From: an uncultured delta proteobacterium
GTDB taxonomy: Bacteria > Desulfobacterota > Binatia > DP-6
Length of the DNA stretch: 64,000 nt
Assembly (NCBI GenBank): GCA_963815115.1
Contig: CAWFFN010000005.1
Span: forward strand, 1,600,001-1,664,000
Reading direction: 5' to 3'
The notes under the pieces were generated by a model that saw nothing but the letters and a program-made list of their open reading frames with translations, was not told the origin of the DNA and made no database searches. A program made the translations under genes and the position numbers. Below, piece by piece: positions 1-9,207 of the stretch (its first letter is position 1; each line of letters opens with the position of its first letter).

Positions 1-1
1 C

Positions 2-769
2 GCATCCGCCAGCTACACGGGCACGAACGGCGCGCCCCTCGACGTCCGCGTCGATTGGGTGAATCACTCGTGTGCGCTGAGCGGCGCCGTCCTGGGATCG
101 ATCGAGGACGCGGACACCATCGTCGGCGTCGATCTGACCGGCACGATCCTCAACGAGCCGCCGACGGCGAACGCCGGCGCCACGCCGCGGACCGTGGAGT
201 GCACGTCGGCCGCCGGCGCGAACGTCACGCTCGACGGCAGCGCGACCAGAGACCCCGAGGACAACATCGCGCTGTTCACCTGGCGCCAGGGCTCCCGGAT
301 CGGCCCGGAGCTCGGCGGCGATCCCGTCGTGCACGTGGCGCAGCCGCTCGGAACGGCGCAGGCATACGTGCTCTCGGTCGTCGATGCGCTGGGACAGGCG
401 TCCGAGGACGTGACCGCGGTCGCCGTCGCCGACACCACCCCGCCGACGATCACGGGCGTGACCGCCTCGCCGTCGCGTCTCTGGCCGCCCAATCACAAGA
501 TGGTGCCAGTCAGCGTGACGACGGCAGCGGCCGACGTGTGCGGTGCGGCGAGCTGTGAGATCGCCAGCGTCACGAGCAACGAGCCGGCGAACGGCCACGG
601 CGACGGCAATACCGCGGCCGACTGGCAGATCACGGGACCGACGACGGTCAACGTGCGCGCGGAGCGCTCGGGCGGCGGCGATGGCCGGGTCTACACGTTG
701 ACCGTCCGCTGCACGGATCCGGCCGGCAACGCGTCCACGGGCTCCACGACGGTGACGGTCGCCCACTGA
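2..769 (+). CDS. 3' part of a secreted/surface protein with a PKD-like Ig domain and a C-terminal 'LWPPNHKM' Ig-like domain (5'-truncated by window edge)
   Basis: Frame is open from base 2 (ASASYTGTNGAPLDVRVDWVNHS...). Contains the PKD-like 'NEPPTANAG..VTLDGSATRDPE' and 'DTTPPTIT..SPSRLWPPNHKMVPV..RAERSGGGDGRVYTLT' segments; stop TGA at 767-769. Confidence 0.8.
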   Translation, partial: ASASYTGTNGAPLDVRVDWVNHSCALSGAVLGSIEDADTIVGVDLTGTILNEPPTANAGATPRTVECTSAAGANVTLDGSATRDPEDNIALFTWRQGSRIGPELGGDPVVHVAQPLGTAQAYVLSVVDALGQASEDVTAVAVADTTPPTITGVTASPSRLWPPNHKMVPVSVTTAAADVCGAASCEIASVTSNEPANGHGDGNTAADWQITGPTTVNVRAERSGGGDGRVYTLTVRCTDPAGNASTGSTTVTVAH

Positions 770-770
770 G

Positions 771-1769
771 TCAGGGCTCGACGATCACCCGTCCGTTCAT
801 CGGGAAGTCCCACGTGTTGCCGTAGTCGAACGTGCCGGGATCGGGAAACGTGTGCTCGAAGACGGTCCCGGACAGCACCCGGTCGTTCGCGGGATGTGCG
901 TCACAGCCCGGGTAGCAGAACACGTCGTCCGCGCCTCGACCCGGCTCGCTCACGAGGTCGTACCCGCTTCCCTCCCACACCCATCGCACGGTGTCACCGG
1001 CCCGGATGCGAACCGTGTCGGGATCGAAGCGGATGCCGCCGCCGGCGCCGACGATGACCGTCGGGTTGACGGAGATGCCCGGAAGCGTCGTCGTGGTGGT
1101 CGACGGGGGCTCGTCCGGGCACGGCGTGGTCCGTGGCAAGCACTCGAGGACGATCGTGTCGTGGTCGCGGGCGGGACTGACCCCCCGCGCCGCGAACGCG
1201 TCGAGGGAGATCTCGAGCCTGCCGGGAAACTTCCGGCCGTCCTTCGTGACTCGACCCTGCACATCCATCCCGATGGGCTGGCCGCAGCTGGGCCCGGACC
1301 GCTGCTCCCAGGGGAGGGCGGTGGTCAAGAGCGAGCGCCGCGGGATGTAGTCGGGCTCGAAGTCCCGGCCGGGTATCCCGAGGCGCCGCACCTGATGAAA
1401 TAGTGCCCGCAGCGGGGCAGGCGAGCAGGCGGGGAGATCCGGGTTGGTCTGTCCCGCGCAGACGGCGACGAAGAACTCGCATGAGTTGTTTCCGCAGGCG
1501 GGCCGGCCGCCATAGGGGAACTGGTCCAGGCGATCTGAATCGCACGGGTCGCCGTCGGTGCAGGAGACGATGCGCCTGCCCTTCACCTGCGGGCCTGGGC
1601 CGTCGATCTGCGCGACGTAGAGCTGCGTGTAGCAGTCGGAGCGCTCGGGGCCGCCACCCGGGATGAAGCCCGCCCCGGCGAGCGGCCGGTCCCAGGTCGC
1701 CGCGACGGTCGACACCGTCACCGCCGCGAGCCATCCGGACAACGAGATGCGGCGAGCCTCGTGTGTCAT
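771..1769 (-). CDS. Secreted Cys-rich protein with a Thr-rich linker and C-terminal cupredoxin/plastocyanin-like domain
   Basis: Signal-like N-terminus from ATG 1769 (MTHEARRISLSGWLAAVTV...), Cys-rich CTDGDPCD..CEFFVAVC domain, PSTTTTTLP linker, then 'FDPDTVRIRAGDTVRWVW...HTFPDPGTFDY...MNGRVIVE'. Confidence 0.7.
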   Translation of the reverse strand: MTHEARRISLSGWLAAVTVSTVAATWDRPLAGAGFIPGGGPERSDCYTQLYVAQIDGPGPQVKGRRIVSCTDGDPCDSDRLDQFPYGGRPACGNNSCEFFVAVCAGQTNPDLPACSPAPLRALFHQVRRLGIPGRDFEPDYIPRRSLLTTALPWEQRSGPSCGQPIGMDVQGRVTKDGRKFPGRLEISLDAFAARGVSPARDHDTIVLECLPRTTPCPDEPPSTTTTTLPGISVNPTVIVGAGGGIRFDPDTVRIRAGDTVRWVWEGSGYDLVSEPGRGADDVFCYPGCDAHPANDRVLSGTVFEHTFPDPGTFDYGNTWDFPMNGRVIVEP

Positions 1770-1970
1770 GGACTTGCGAGGAAGCAAGCCACGTGCCGCG
1801 TCGACCGATGCCGCGTCGGCCGCGAGCGGAGGGGCCTTCGTACGACCTTCGGGCGTCCCGTGGCCCATGAGTCAGAGGGGGCCGCGCAGGCGGGCAGGAA
1901 CAATGCATTCGAGCGACGACCGCCGGGGCGCGCTGGCTTCGGCGCGGTGGCGTGGTCAGTATCGTTCGCC

Positions 1971-3635
1971 ATGGCCACCGCGGCACCCGGGGTCGAACGC
2001 CCCGAACAGACGTTTCCGACGTTGTCGCCGGATCAGATCGCGCGCATCGCGCGCCACGGCACCCGGCGTCGCGTGCATCGCGGGGAGTTGCTGTTCGACC
2101 AGGGTACGGAGAACGTATCGTTCTACGTGATCCTCTCGGGGGCGCTCGCGGTCGTCCGCCCCCACAAGGACACCGAGGATCTGATCGTCGTGCATGGCGC
2201 GGGTCAGTTCACCGGCGAGACCACCCTGCTCACCGGCCGTCGCAGCCTCGCCCGCGGGCGAGTCGTCGAGGACGGCGAGGTGCTCGAGCTCGGCGTCGAT
2301 GCGCTGCGCGCGCTCGTACAAAGCGACTCCGAGCTGAGCGAGCTCCTGATGCGCGCCTTCATCCTCCGTCGCGTCAGCCTCATCAAGGAGGGTTGGGGCG
2401 ACGTGGTGCTGATCGGCTCGCATTTTTCGCCGAGCACGCTCCGCGTGCGCGAGTTTCTCATTCGCAACGGGCACCCGTACAAGTACATCGACGTCGAGCG
2501 CGACGCCGAGGCGGAGAAATTCCTCGACAAGCTCGGCATCGGCGTCGAGCAGGTCCCGGTGGTGATCTGCCGGGGCGAAGTCGTCCTGCGCAACCCGACC
2601 CTCGAGGAGGTGGCCGACTGCCTCGGCTTCAACGCCTCCATCGACGTCGGTGTGGTGCGTGATCTCCTGATCGTCGGCGCCGGGCCCGCCGGACTGGCGG
2701 CCGCCGTGTATGGCGCGTCCGAGGGCCTCGACGTCCTCGTACTCGAGACCCATGCCCCTGGCGGCCAGGCTGGCTCGAGCTCGAAGATCGAGAACTACCT
2801 CGGTTTCCCCCGGGGCATCTCCGGTCAGGACCTGGCGGGGCGCGCGTTCACGCAGGCGGAGAAGTTCGGCGCCAGCGTGGCCATCGCGCGCTCGGCGACG
2901 AAGCTGCTCTGCGAGAAGAAGCCGTTCGCCGTGCGGCTCTCCACGGGCGACGTCGTGCACGGGCGGGCGGTGATCGTCGCGTCGGGAGCGCAGTACCGCA
3001 AGCTGTCCCTCGACCGGCTGGCCGACTTCGAGGGCGCCGGCGTGTACTACGCGGCGTCTCCCGTGGAAGCGCAGATCTGCGGGGGCGAGGAGGTGATCGT
3101 GGTCGGGGGCGGGAACTCCGCGGGGCAGGCCGCCGTCTTTCTCGCCGGCACCGCCCAGCACGTGCACATGCTGGTACGCTCGGAAGGCCTGGCCGACAGC
3201 ATGTCGCGCTACCTCATTCGCCGGATCGAGCAGAGTCCTCGTATCACGCTGCGCACGCGGACCGAGATCGAGGCACTCGAGGGCGAGACGCACCTCGAAC
3301 GCGTGCGCTGGCGCTCCTCGGCCACGGGCGAGGTCGAGACCCGCCCGATCCGACACCTGTTCTCCATGACCGGCGCCGCTCCCAACACCGTGTGGGTCGG
3401 GGGCTGTCTGGCGCTCGACGACAAGGGATTCGTGAAGGCCGGCCCCGACATCGGCCCCGACGAGCTCGCCACGGCCCGCTGGCCGCTGGAACGCGCACCC
3501 TATCTGCTGGAGTCGAGCGTCCCGGGCATCTTCGTGGTCGGGGACGCCCGCGCCGGCAGCATCAAGCGGGTGGCGTCGGCGGTCGGCGAGGGCTCGATCT
3601 GCGTGCAGCTCGTGCACAAGACTCTTGCCGAGTGA
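1971..3635 (+). CDS. Cyclic-nucleotide-binding domain fused to thioredoxin reductase-like FAD oxidoreductase
   Basis: N-terminal cNMP domain (GELLFDQG..FYVILSG..GQFTGE), FAD motif IVGAGPAG, GGQAGSSSKIENYLGFP, NADPH motif VGGGNSAG, and C-terminal GD..RVASAVGEG. Confidence 0.92.
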   Translation: MATAAPGVERPEQTFPTLSPDQIARIARHGTRRRVHRGELLFDQGTENVSFYVILSGALAVVRPHKDTEDLIVVHGAGQFTGETTLLTGRRSLARGRVVEDGEVLELGVDALRALVQSDSELSELLMRAFILRRVSLIKEGWGDVVLIGSHFSPSTLRVREFLIRNGHPYKYIDVERDAEAEKFLDKLGIGVEQVPVVICRGEVVLRNPTLEEVADCLGFNASIDVGVVRDLLIVGAGPAGLAAAVYGASEGLDVLVLETHAPGGQAGSSSKIENYLGFPRGISGQDLAGRAFTQAEKFGASVAIARSATKLLCEKKPFAVRLSTGDVVHGRAVIVASGAQYRKLSLDRLADFEGAGVYYAASPVEAQICGGEEVIVVGGGNSAGQAAVFLAGTAQHVHMLVRSEGLADSMSRYLIRRIEQSPRITLRTRTEIEALEGETHLERVRWRSSATGEVETRPIRHLFSMTGAAPNTVWVGGCLALDDKGFVKAGPDIGPDELATARWPLERAPYLLESSVPGIFVVGDARAGSIKRVASAVGEGSICVQLVHKTLAE

Positions 3636-3810
3636 CGTGCTCGTGGGACGCGACAGCGACCCCTTCGCGCTCCCACGTGTCGGGGTCCCCGACGGCGATG
3701 GCACCTCCCTCGAGCACATGGTGAACGGTCAGCTCTCGGGACCACGGCCATAGTGCGCAAGAGGGCGTGCCCTCGATACCGTCGAGGAGCCCGATGCCGA
3801 GCGCGAACCC

Positions 3811-4260
3811 TCATGGCGCGAGCAGGCGGGAGCCCTGGCGGCGCCGGCGCTCGCTGCGCACGCGGACGTCGATCCCGCGCCGTGCCAGGGAAGCCAGGCG
3901 CCTGCGGACGGCGGCGATGACGAAGGACGGAGTGCTGCGCGCGACGACCACATCGAGCCGCGTACCGCGTCCCGCTCGCTGGGCGTCGTCGATCAGGACC
4001 TGCAGGGTGTAGGGATCGAGGCGAAAGACGCGTCCGAGCCGAGGGCCTCCTGTCCGGGCGGAGCCCAGCCAGGCGCGCGCGCGGAGCGGCGGCACGTCCG
4101 GCTCGCCGGCGAGGTGGTCGATGTCGGACAGGTAGCCGACGAGCTGGTCGGGATGCATGCCCAGAGTCCGCGCGACGAGCTCGCGGAGCCGGTTCTCCAG
4201 GGCCGAGATCGGGGGACGTGTGGTGGAGATCGAGTTCGCCGAGGGGGACGACGGCGTCAT
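3811..4260 (-). CDS. Hypothetical protein
   Basis: 149-aa ORF with an AGGAG RBS 7 nt upstream of the ATG; no recognised motif. Confidence 0.55.
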   Translation of the reverse strand: MTPSSPSANSISTTRPPISALENRLRELVARTLGMHPDQLVGYLSDIDHLAGEPDVPPLRARAWLGSARTGGPRLGRVFRLDPYTLQVLIDDAQRAGRGTRLDVVVARSTPSFVIAAVRRRLASLARRGIDVRVRSERRRRQGSRLLAP

Positions 4261-4676
4261 GAGAAAGCTCCTTGCTTGGATGGCCGGCTCCGGCTCTGCC
4301 GGTGGACGGCCAGGTGGCTGTCACCGCCCGTTGACGGGCGGCAGGTCGCGATTCGCCCGGGTCGCGCCCGGCGTGGAGTCGCTCAGCAGCGGGAGAGAAC
4401 ACGCAAGGCTGCGACGCCACCGACCCGGGACCGCTCCCAGGCGCTGCTACAGCAGCATCGTCGCGCACTCGCGTTCGTCATTCCGATGTCGTTCCACCAT
4501 CGCGGCGCGGACCTGTCAAGGGATCAGGGCCCGGCCTCCGCTCGCAACGCGAGGTCTCGCCGGGATTGCCCCTGGCTCTCGCGCCTCCCGAGAGGTAGAT
4601 CGGGGTCGAACGAGAGTTCCTGTCGCTGACCGGACGGACCGGAGGCGGGTCGATCCTCACCACGGAGGAGCACACA

Positions 4677-4850
4677 ATGATTCCCCGTCCGCCGTCGCGC
4701 ACCCTGATGGTCGCTTCGCTCGCGGTCCTCCTGGGCTGCACACCGTCCGTGGCGCCGTTGCCCGCCGCCCCACCGCAGGGGGTGCGGGAGATCGCGATCA
4801 AGAAGCCGACGAACGCGAGCGGCCGCGACCTGGTGGTGAGGGTAACTGAT
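4677..4850 (+). pseudogene. Probable truncated lipoprotein gene (5' remnant)
   Basis: Strong GGAGGAG RBS, then lipobox-like MIPRPPSRTLMVASLAVLLG-C. After about 55 aa the frame runs antisense through the 3' end of the opposing gene. Confidence 0.45.
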
Positions 4851-4864
4851 TGCCGGAGTGCGCC

Positions 4865-6108
4865 TCAGCGTGACGGCGCCACGGACCGGAACGCGAACCT
4901 CGCCGTGTTCGTCCCCGAGACCATGGCGACCTCCGGCGGCGTCTCGGCCGACGCGGTCCGGCCGTCGATGAGAACGTCCCAGGCGAGCCGCTCCGCGCCG
5001 GTCGGGGTCGCCGGGACGCAACGCGCGCGCGGGTTCACCGCCTGCGCCATGGCGTCGAGGCCGGGATGCGCGACGCCGTCCAGGAGCGCGCTCCAGGTGT
5101 AGCCGTCACCCTCGCGCAGGGCCTCGCAGTCCTCGAGACCGATCCGCACGCGCTCTCCCGCGACGGCGACCCGGACGCCGGAGTATCCCGGCACAAACGC
5201 CGGGTGCAGGCGGAGGACGGCGGCGATCGCCTCCACGCCGTCGCCGGGGCTCGCCAGGACCCGGTGCAGCCGGGCGGCCGCGACGGCTCCGGCGCCGATC
5301 CACTGCTTGATGGCGATGTCGCGCGCGACGGCGTCTCCCGCCCGCTCCGCCACCGCGATCATGAGCGAGCGGATCAGCAAATGGTCCTGCACGAGGAACT
5401 CGCGGCACACGCCCACCAGCGCGGCCCGCGACAGATGCTCGAGCCGGAACCCCGGGTCGAACGGGCCAGCGGTAGTCGTCCCGCCCGCCGGTTGCATCCG
5501 TGGGCGGCGCGGCAAACAAGATGCGCGCGAGCCGCGACTCGCTCACGCGCCGGGTGATCGCGGCCTCGCGGAGCGGCTCGGCGTCGCCATCGACGAACAC
5601 CTCCCAGCGGCAGTGCGGCACGCGATCGGCCGGCGTCCGCGGCGGACGATGGATGGGGCGGCAGCGGGCGCGCGGGTTGGTCGCGACCGCGCTGGCATCG
5701 AACGTGGGATCCTCGATGGCGTGGCACATCGAGCGCACCGCCGCCTCGCCGTACTGCTCGACCTCGAGGAGCGCGCCGCAGCTCATGAGCCAGAACGTGC
5801 CGCGCTCGTCGCTCTCGAGGTCGTAGTGCACGTCCATGTACTGGTGCGGAAACCCGACGTCGAGCTGGAAGCCCTTGAAGATCGTGCTCACGCCGGTCGC
5901 CGGTGAAATCCATGCGGGCCTGCATCCGGCGGGTGTAGACCGGGCTGGCGCCCATCCACTCCTCGATCGCGACGGCTTCGCGTGCCTCCGCGCCGACCTG
6001 GAAGTGCACGTGCGGGAGAGCGGCCCGATTGAGGAGATGGCCGAACAGCATGTACTCGCGACCGAGCGTCGCGAGCTCGCCGCGGGACAGCTCGTCGAGC
6101 GTGCGCAT
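4865..6108 (-). pseudogene. Hypothetical two-repeat protein (~410 aa) interrupted by two +1 frameshifts (real pseudogene or sequencing error)
   Basis: A coherent protein stitches across three frames: MRTLDELSRGEL...DFTGD / GVSTIFKGFQLDVG...GGRDDY / AGPFDPGFRLEHLS... Each break is one extra C on the coding strand, near 5895 and 5470. Confidence 0.75.
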
Positions 6109-6193
6109 GCCGCGCGCGTAGCAGGGAACTCCCGGCGGGTACAACGCGCGCGGCGTCAGGGCCGTGGCTCGACGGGCAACGCGCCGCGACCGT

Positions 6194-6279
6194 GGCAACG
6201 TCTTGTTGCCGGCAAGCGCTCGGCGTTTCGCGTGCAAGTCTTCGTTCGTGCTCGCTTTCGTCCGGGGCACGGGAGTTGC
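6194..6279 (+). promoter_or_regulatory. Candidate sigma54 (-24/-12) promoter with an upstream palindromic activator site
   Basis: GGCACGGGAGTTGC at 6266-6279 fits GG-N10-GC and the GGCACG-N4-TTGC consensus, 57 nt before ATG 6337. Inverted repeat GGCAAC-N5-GTTGCC at 6194-6210. Confidence 0.55.
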
Positions 6280-6336
6280 GTTGTGCTCTTTCCGCCCGCC
6301 CGGGCGATCCGGCCGCGGCAGAAGGAGAAACAGGAC

Positions 6337-7815
6337 ATGGAACACATGAAGCGAGTGCCGGGCCGGACGATCGTGCTCGGCCTGGTGGCCGCCCTCGCCT
6401 GGAGCCAGCAGGTGGGCGCCGCCTTCACCGCCGCGGCCAGCACGGCCACGGCCCAGACGAGCAGCGAGAACGCCGGCGGGGCCTGGCAGCACCTGCAGAG
6501 TTCCTATGTCTGCTCGTGCGTCCAGACCTACCGGGACGGCGCCGAGGCCTCGGTGCAGTCCTGCGACGGTACCGCGTCCCAGTGTGCCGACCTCGACGTC
6601 CTCCTCGATTGTCAGGAAGAGCCGACCGGCCCGGACTGCAACTACCTGCTGCGATGCGAGTGCGATTGCACCGCCCTCGCGCAGACGACCGAGTTCGAGC
6701 ACGGTCCGTTCGACGACGTCGTCCTCACCGGCATCCCCGATCTCTGGCAATTCGACTACATGTGCGGCAGCAACCTGGTCAGCGCGAACGCCGTCGGCTG
6801 CGGGCCGGTCTCGGCGGCGATGGTGATGTACTGGTGGGCCCAGCGCGGCTACGGCCGCCTGGTCGACGACTTCCTCGTGGGCGAGGGCTCCGGGCCGGCC
6901 GAGCAGGAGCACGACTGGCAGGCGCTGGTTCGCGACCTGCGCGCGAACTACCTGAACGGCGGCATCTGCGTCCCGTTCGGGGGCGGCCAGTACGCGGTGC
7001 TCATGGGCAAGATGACGAGCGGGCTCCGCGAGTACATCGAGGACGCGGGCTACCACGCCAAGGTCGAGCACTGGAAGGTGTGCGACGATTGCACGGCGGG
7101 AGCCGACGACGAGATCACGGGCGGCACCGCGCTCGGGATCATCAAGGACGAGCTCGAGGCCGGCCGTCCGGTGATCATGGGGTTCAATTCCGGCCGCGCG
7201 TTCGATGTCAGCATCCCGGTGTGGAACGGTTCGGCGTGGGAGACCGTCTACATCGGCGAGCTCTCCAACGGGACACCGGTGGCGGGAACCATCGACCACT
7301 ACGCCGTCATCACCGGGTACCGCCGCCTGGGCGGCCTCGATGTCCTCACCATGAACCTCGGCTGGAACGACGAGACCACCGACCACGACGTGAAATGGAA
7401 TCCTGCCGGCAAGTGGCTTCACCTCTACACGGTCGACATCACCAGCTCGCCCGACGAAACCGAGTGGTGCTCGATCGATCGCGGCGTCGACGAGGACACC
7501 AGCCCGCCGAGGGCGGAGGCGTTCTCGTACCCCTACGTGGAGATATCGCACGTCGAGAGCACGACGCCGTCCGACACCCTCCAGCTCACCCAGCTCGCGG
7601 GTACCGCCTGTGGAATCGCACGCGAGGGTGAGACCGTGAGCTACTACGACACGACGCACGAGGAGGAGAAGTGCCTGGACGGCGGCGACCTCCTCGACGA
7701 GGATGACCTGGCGCTGCCCGACAAGTTCGGCAATGGCGAGGCCGACCCCGATCGCGCCGGTACCGACGTCCAGGGCGGGCCGCCCATCGTCGACCGCCAG
7801 GAGCCTCTCCCCTGA
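6337..7815 (+). CDS. Secreted papain-like cysteine peptidase (C10/C39-like) with a Cys-rich N-terminal domain
   Basis: Signal peptide; catalytic-type motifs GCGPVSAAMVMYWW (Cys), ELEAGRPVIM, DHYAVITGY (His) and MNLGW (Asn). Confidence 0.75.
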   Translation: MEHMKRVPGRTIVLGLVAALAWSQQVGAAFTAAASTATAQTSSENAGGAWQHLQSSYVCSCVQTYRDGAEASVQSCDGTASQCADLDVLLDCQEEPTGPDCNYLLRCECDCTALAQTTEFEHGPFDDVVLTGIPDLWQFDYMCGSNLVSANAVGCGPVSAAMVMYWWAQRGYGRLVDDFLVGEGSGPAEQEHDWQALVRDLRANYLNGGICVPFGGGQYAVLMGKMTSGLREYIEDAGYHAKVEHWKVCDDCTAGADDEITGGTALGIIKDELEAGRPVIMGFNSGRAFDVSIPVWNGSAWETVYIGELSNGTPVAGTIDHYAVITGYRRLGGLDVLTMNLGWNDETTDHDVKWNPAGKWLHLYTVDITSSPDETEWCSIDRGVDEDTSPPRAEAFSYPYVEISHVESTTPSDTLQLTQLAGTACGIAREGETVSYYDTTHEEEKCLDGGDLLDEDDLALPDKFGNGEADPDRAGTDVQGGPPIVDRQEPLP

Positions 7816-7826
7816 GCATCCTCACC

Positions 7827-7861
7827 GGAGCGACCCCCGCATGCTCCGCGGGGGTCGCTCC
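7827..7861 (+). terminator. GC-rich hairpin after the peptidase gene
   Basis: Perfect 14-bp stem GGAGCGACCCCCGC / GCGGGGGTCGCTCC with a 7-nt loop, about 12 nt after the stop; no U-tract. Confidence 0.55.
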
Positions 7862-7960
7862 CGGTCGGGGTGATGCCAGCGTGGCAAAACCGCCCCTCCA
7901 TTCGCTTCCAGTCCGTTCCCGCGCCGTGATAGATCGCCCCCGCCCAGGAGGACGAGCCGG

Positions 7961-9139
7961 ATGGGAGCCGCCGCCGAAGATCGGGTCGCTGGATATCTCG
8001 AGCGCGTGCGGGGACTCGCCCCGCTCGTCCTCGAGCACGCCGACCGCTCGGAACGCGAGCGGCAGCTCTCGCCGGACGTCGTGGAAGCGTTTCACGAGGC
8101 GGGCCTGTTCCGGATCCTCCTCCCCGAGGACATGCGCGGCGGTGGGCTCACCGTGCCGGACAGCTTGCGCGTCTTCGAGGCCGTCGCGCGGCTCGATGCG
8201 TCGGCGGGTTGGAACCTCGCGATCTGTGCGGACGGCCCGCTCTTCGGCCACTTCCTCGCGCGCGACGCGTACGACGCGATCTTCCGGGATCGGCGCGCCA
8301 TCGTCGCCGGCTCGCTCAATCCCATGACCACGCGCGTGACCCGGTGTGAGGGCGGCTGGCGGTTCACCGGCAAGGCGACCTACGTCAGCGGCTCGGCCCA
8401 GGCGAGCTGGTTGATGGCCGCGGGGTTGGTGATGCGCGACGGCAGTCCGGAGATCGTCGACGGTGTGCCGAGCTTGCGCGCCGGCCTGTTCCCGATCCGC
8501 CAGTGTCGCATCCTGGACACCTGGTCGGTGTCGGGAATGCGCGCCACGGGCAGCAACGACTGCGTGTTCGAGGACGTCGTCGTCCCTGCGGCCTTCACGT
8601 ACGATTGGCCGCATCCGCGCCCGACCTGGCAGCGTGGCGCGCTCGCCACCATCCCGCTCGTCACCCAGCTCGGTGGCGCGCTGTCCTCCGTCGCGCTCGG
8701 CGCAGCGCGCCACGCGATCGACGCGATGATCGAGGTCGCGGCGGTGAAGGTCTCCATCGAGACGCGGGCTCCGCTGCGCGAGCGCTCGTTGTTCCAGCTC
8801 CAGCTCGGCCAGGCCGAGGGGTTGCTCCGGGCAGCTCGCGCCTATCTCTACGAGTCCGCCGACGAGGTCTGGCGAAGAGGCGAAGCGGGCGTGCCCTTCG
8901 ACGCGCCGGCGCAGGCGTCGGCGCGACTCGCCTCGGTCACCGCCGTGAAGCTCGCCGCCCAGGCCGTCGATCTCATGCACGACGCGGCCGGCATGAGCGC
9001 CGTGCAGACCTCGTCCGCCCTCGAGCGCTCCTGGCGCGACGTGCATACCATCACCCAGCACGTGATCCTCTCCGCGGGACGCTACGAGGTGATCGGCCGT
9101 GTGCTCCTCGGGCTGCCGCCGGGTGCGCCCCTCATCTGA
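7961..9139 (+). CDS. Acyl-CoA dehydrogenase-fold flavin-dependent monooxygenase (HsaA/indole oxygenase-like)
   Basis: AGLFRILLP..GG, DASAGWNL, W.VSGMRATGSND, LERSWRDVHTITQH; GGAGG RBS. Confidence 0.88.
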   Translation: MGAAAEDRVAGYLERVRGLAPLVLEHADRSERERQLSPDVVEAFHEAGLFRILLPEDMRGGGLTVPDSLRVFEAVARLDASAGWNLAICADGPLFGHFLARDAYDAIFRDRRAIVAGSLNPMTTRVTRCEGGWRFTGKATYVSGSAQASWLMAAGLVMRDGSPEIVDGVPSLRAGLFPIRQCRILDTWSVSGMRATGSNDCVFEDVVVPAAFTYDWPHPRPTWQRGALATIPLVTQLGGALSSVALGAARHAIDAMIEVAAVKVSIETRAPLRERSLFQLQLGQAEGLLRAARAYLYESADEVWRRGEAGVPFDAPAQASARLASVTAVKLAAQAVDLMHDAAGMSAVQTSSALERSWRDVHTITQHVILSAGRYEVIGRVLLGLPPGAPLI

Positions 9140-9207
9140 CAGGGATGCCAGGAGGCGTCTCGTCGGACGCCCCCCGAGCATCAGCCGGTAGGACGCCATC
9201 ACGACGG

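Noticed and set aside
3632-3813. Read-through extension of ORF 3811-4260 past its TGA, or a small ORF after the TrxB-like gene
   Set aside because: No recognisable motif, RBS or SECIS-like support.
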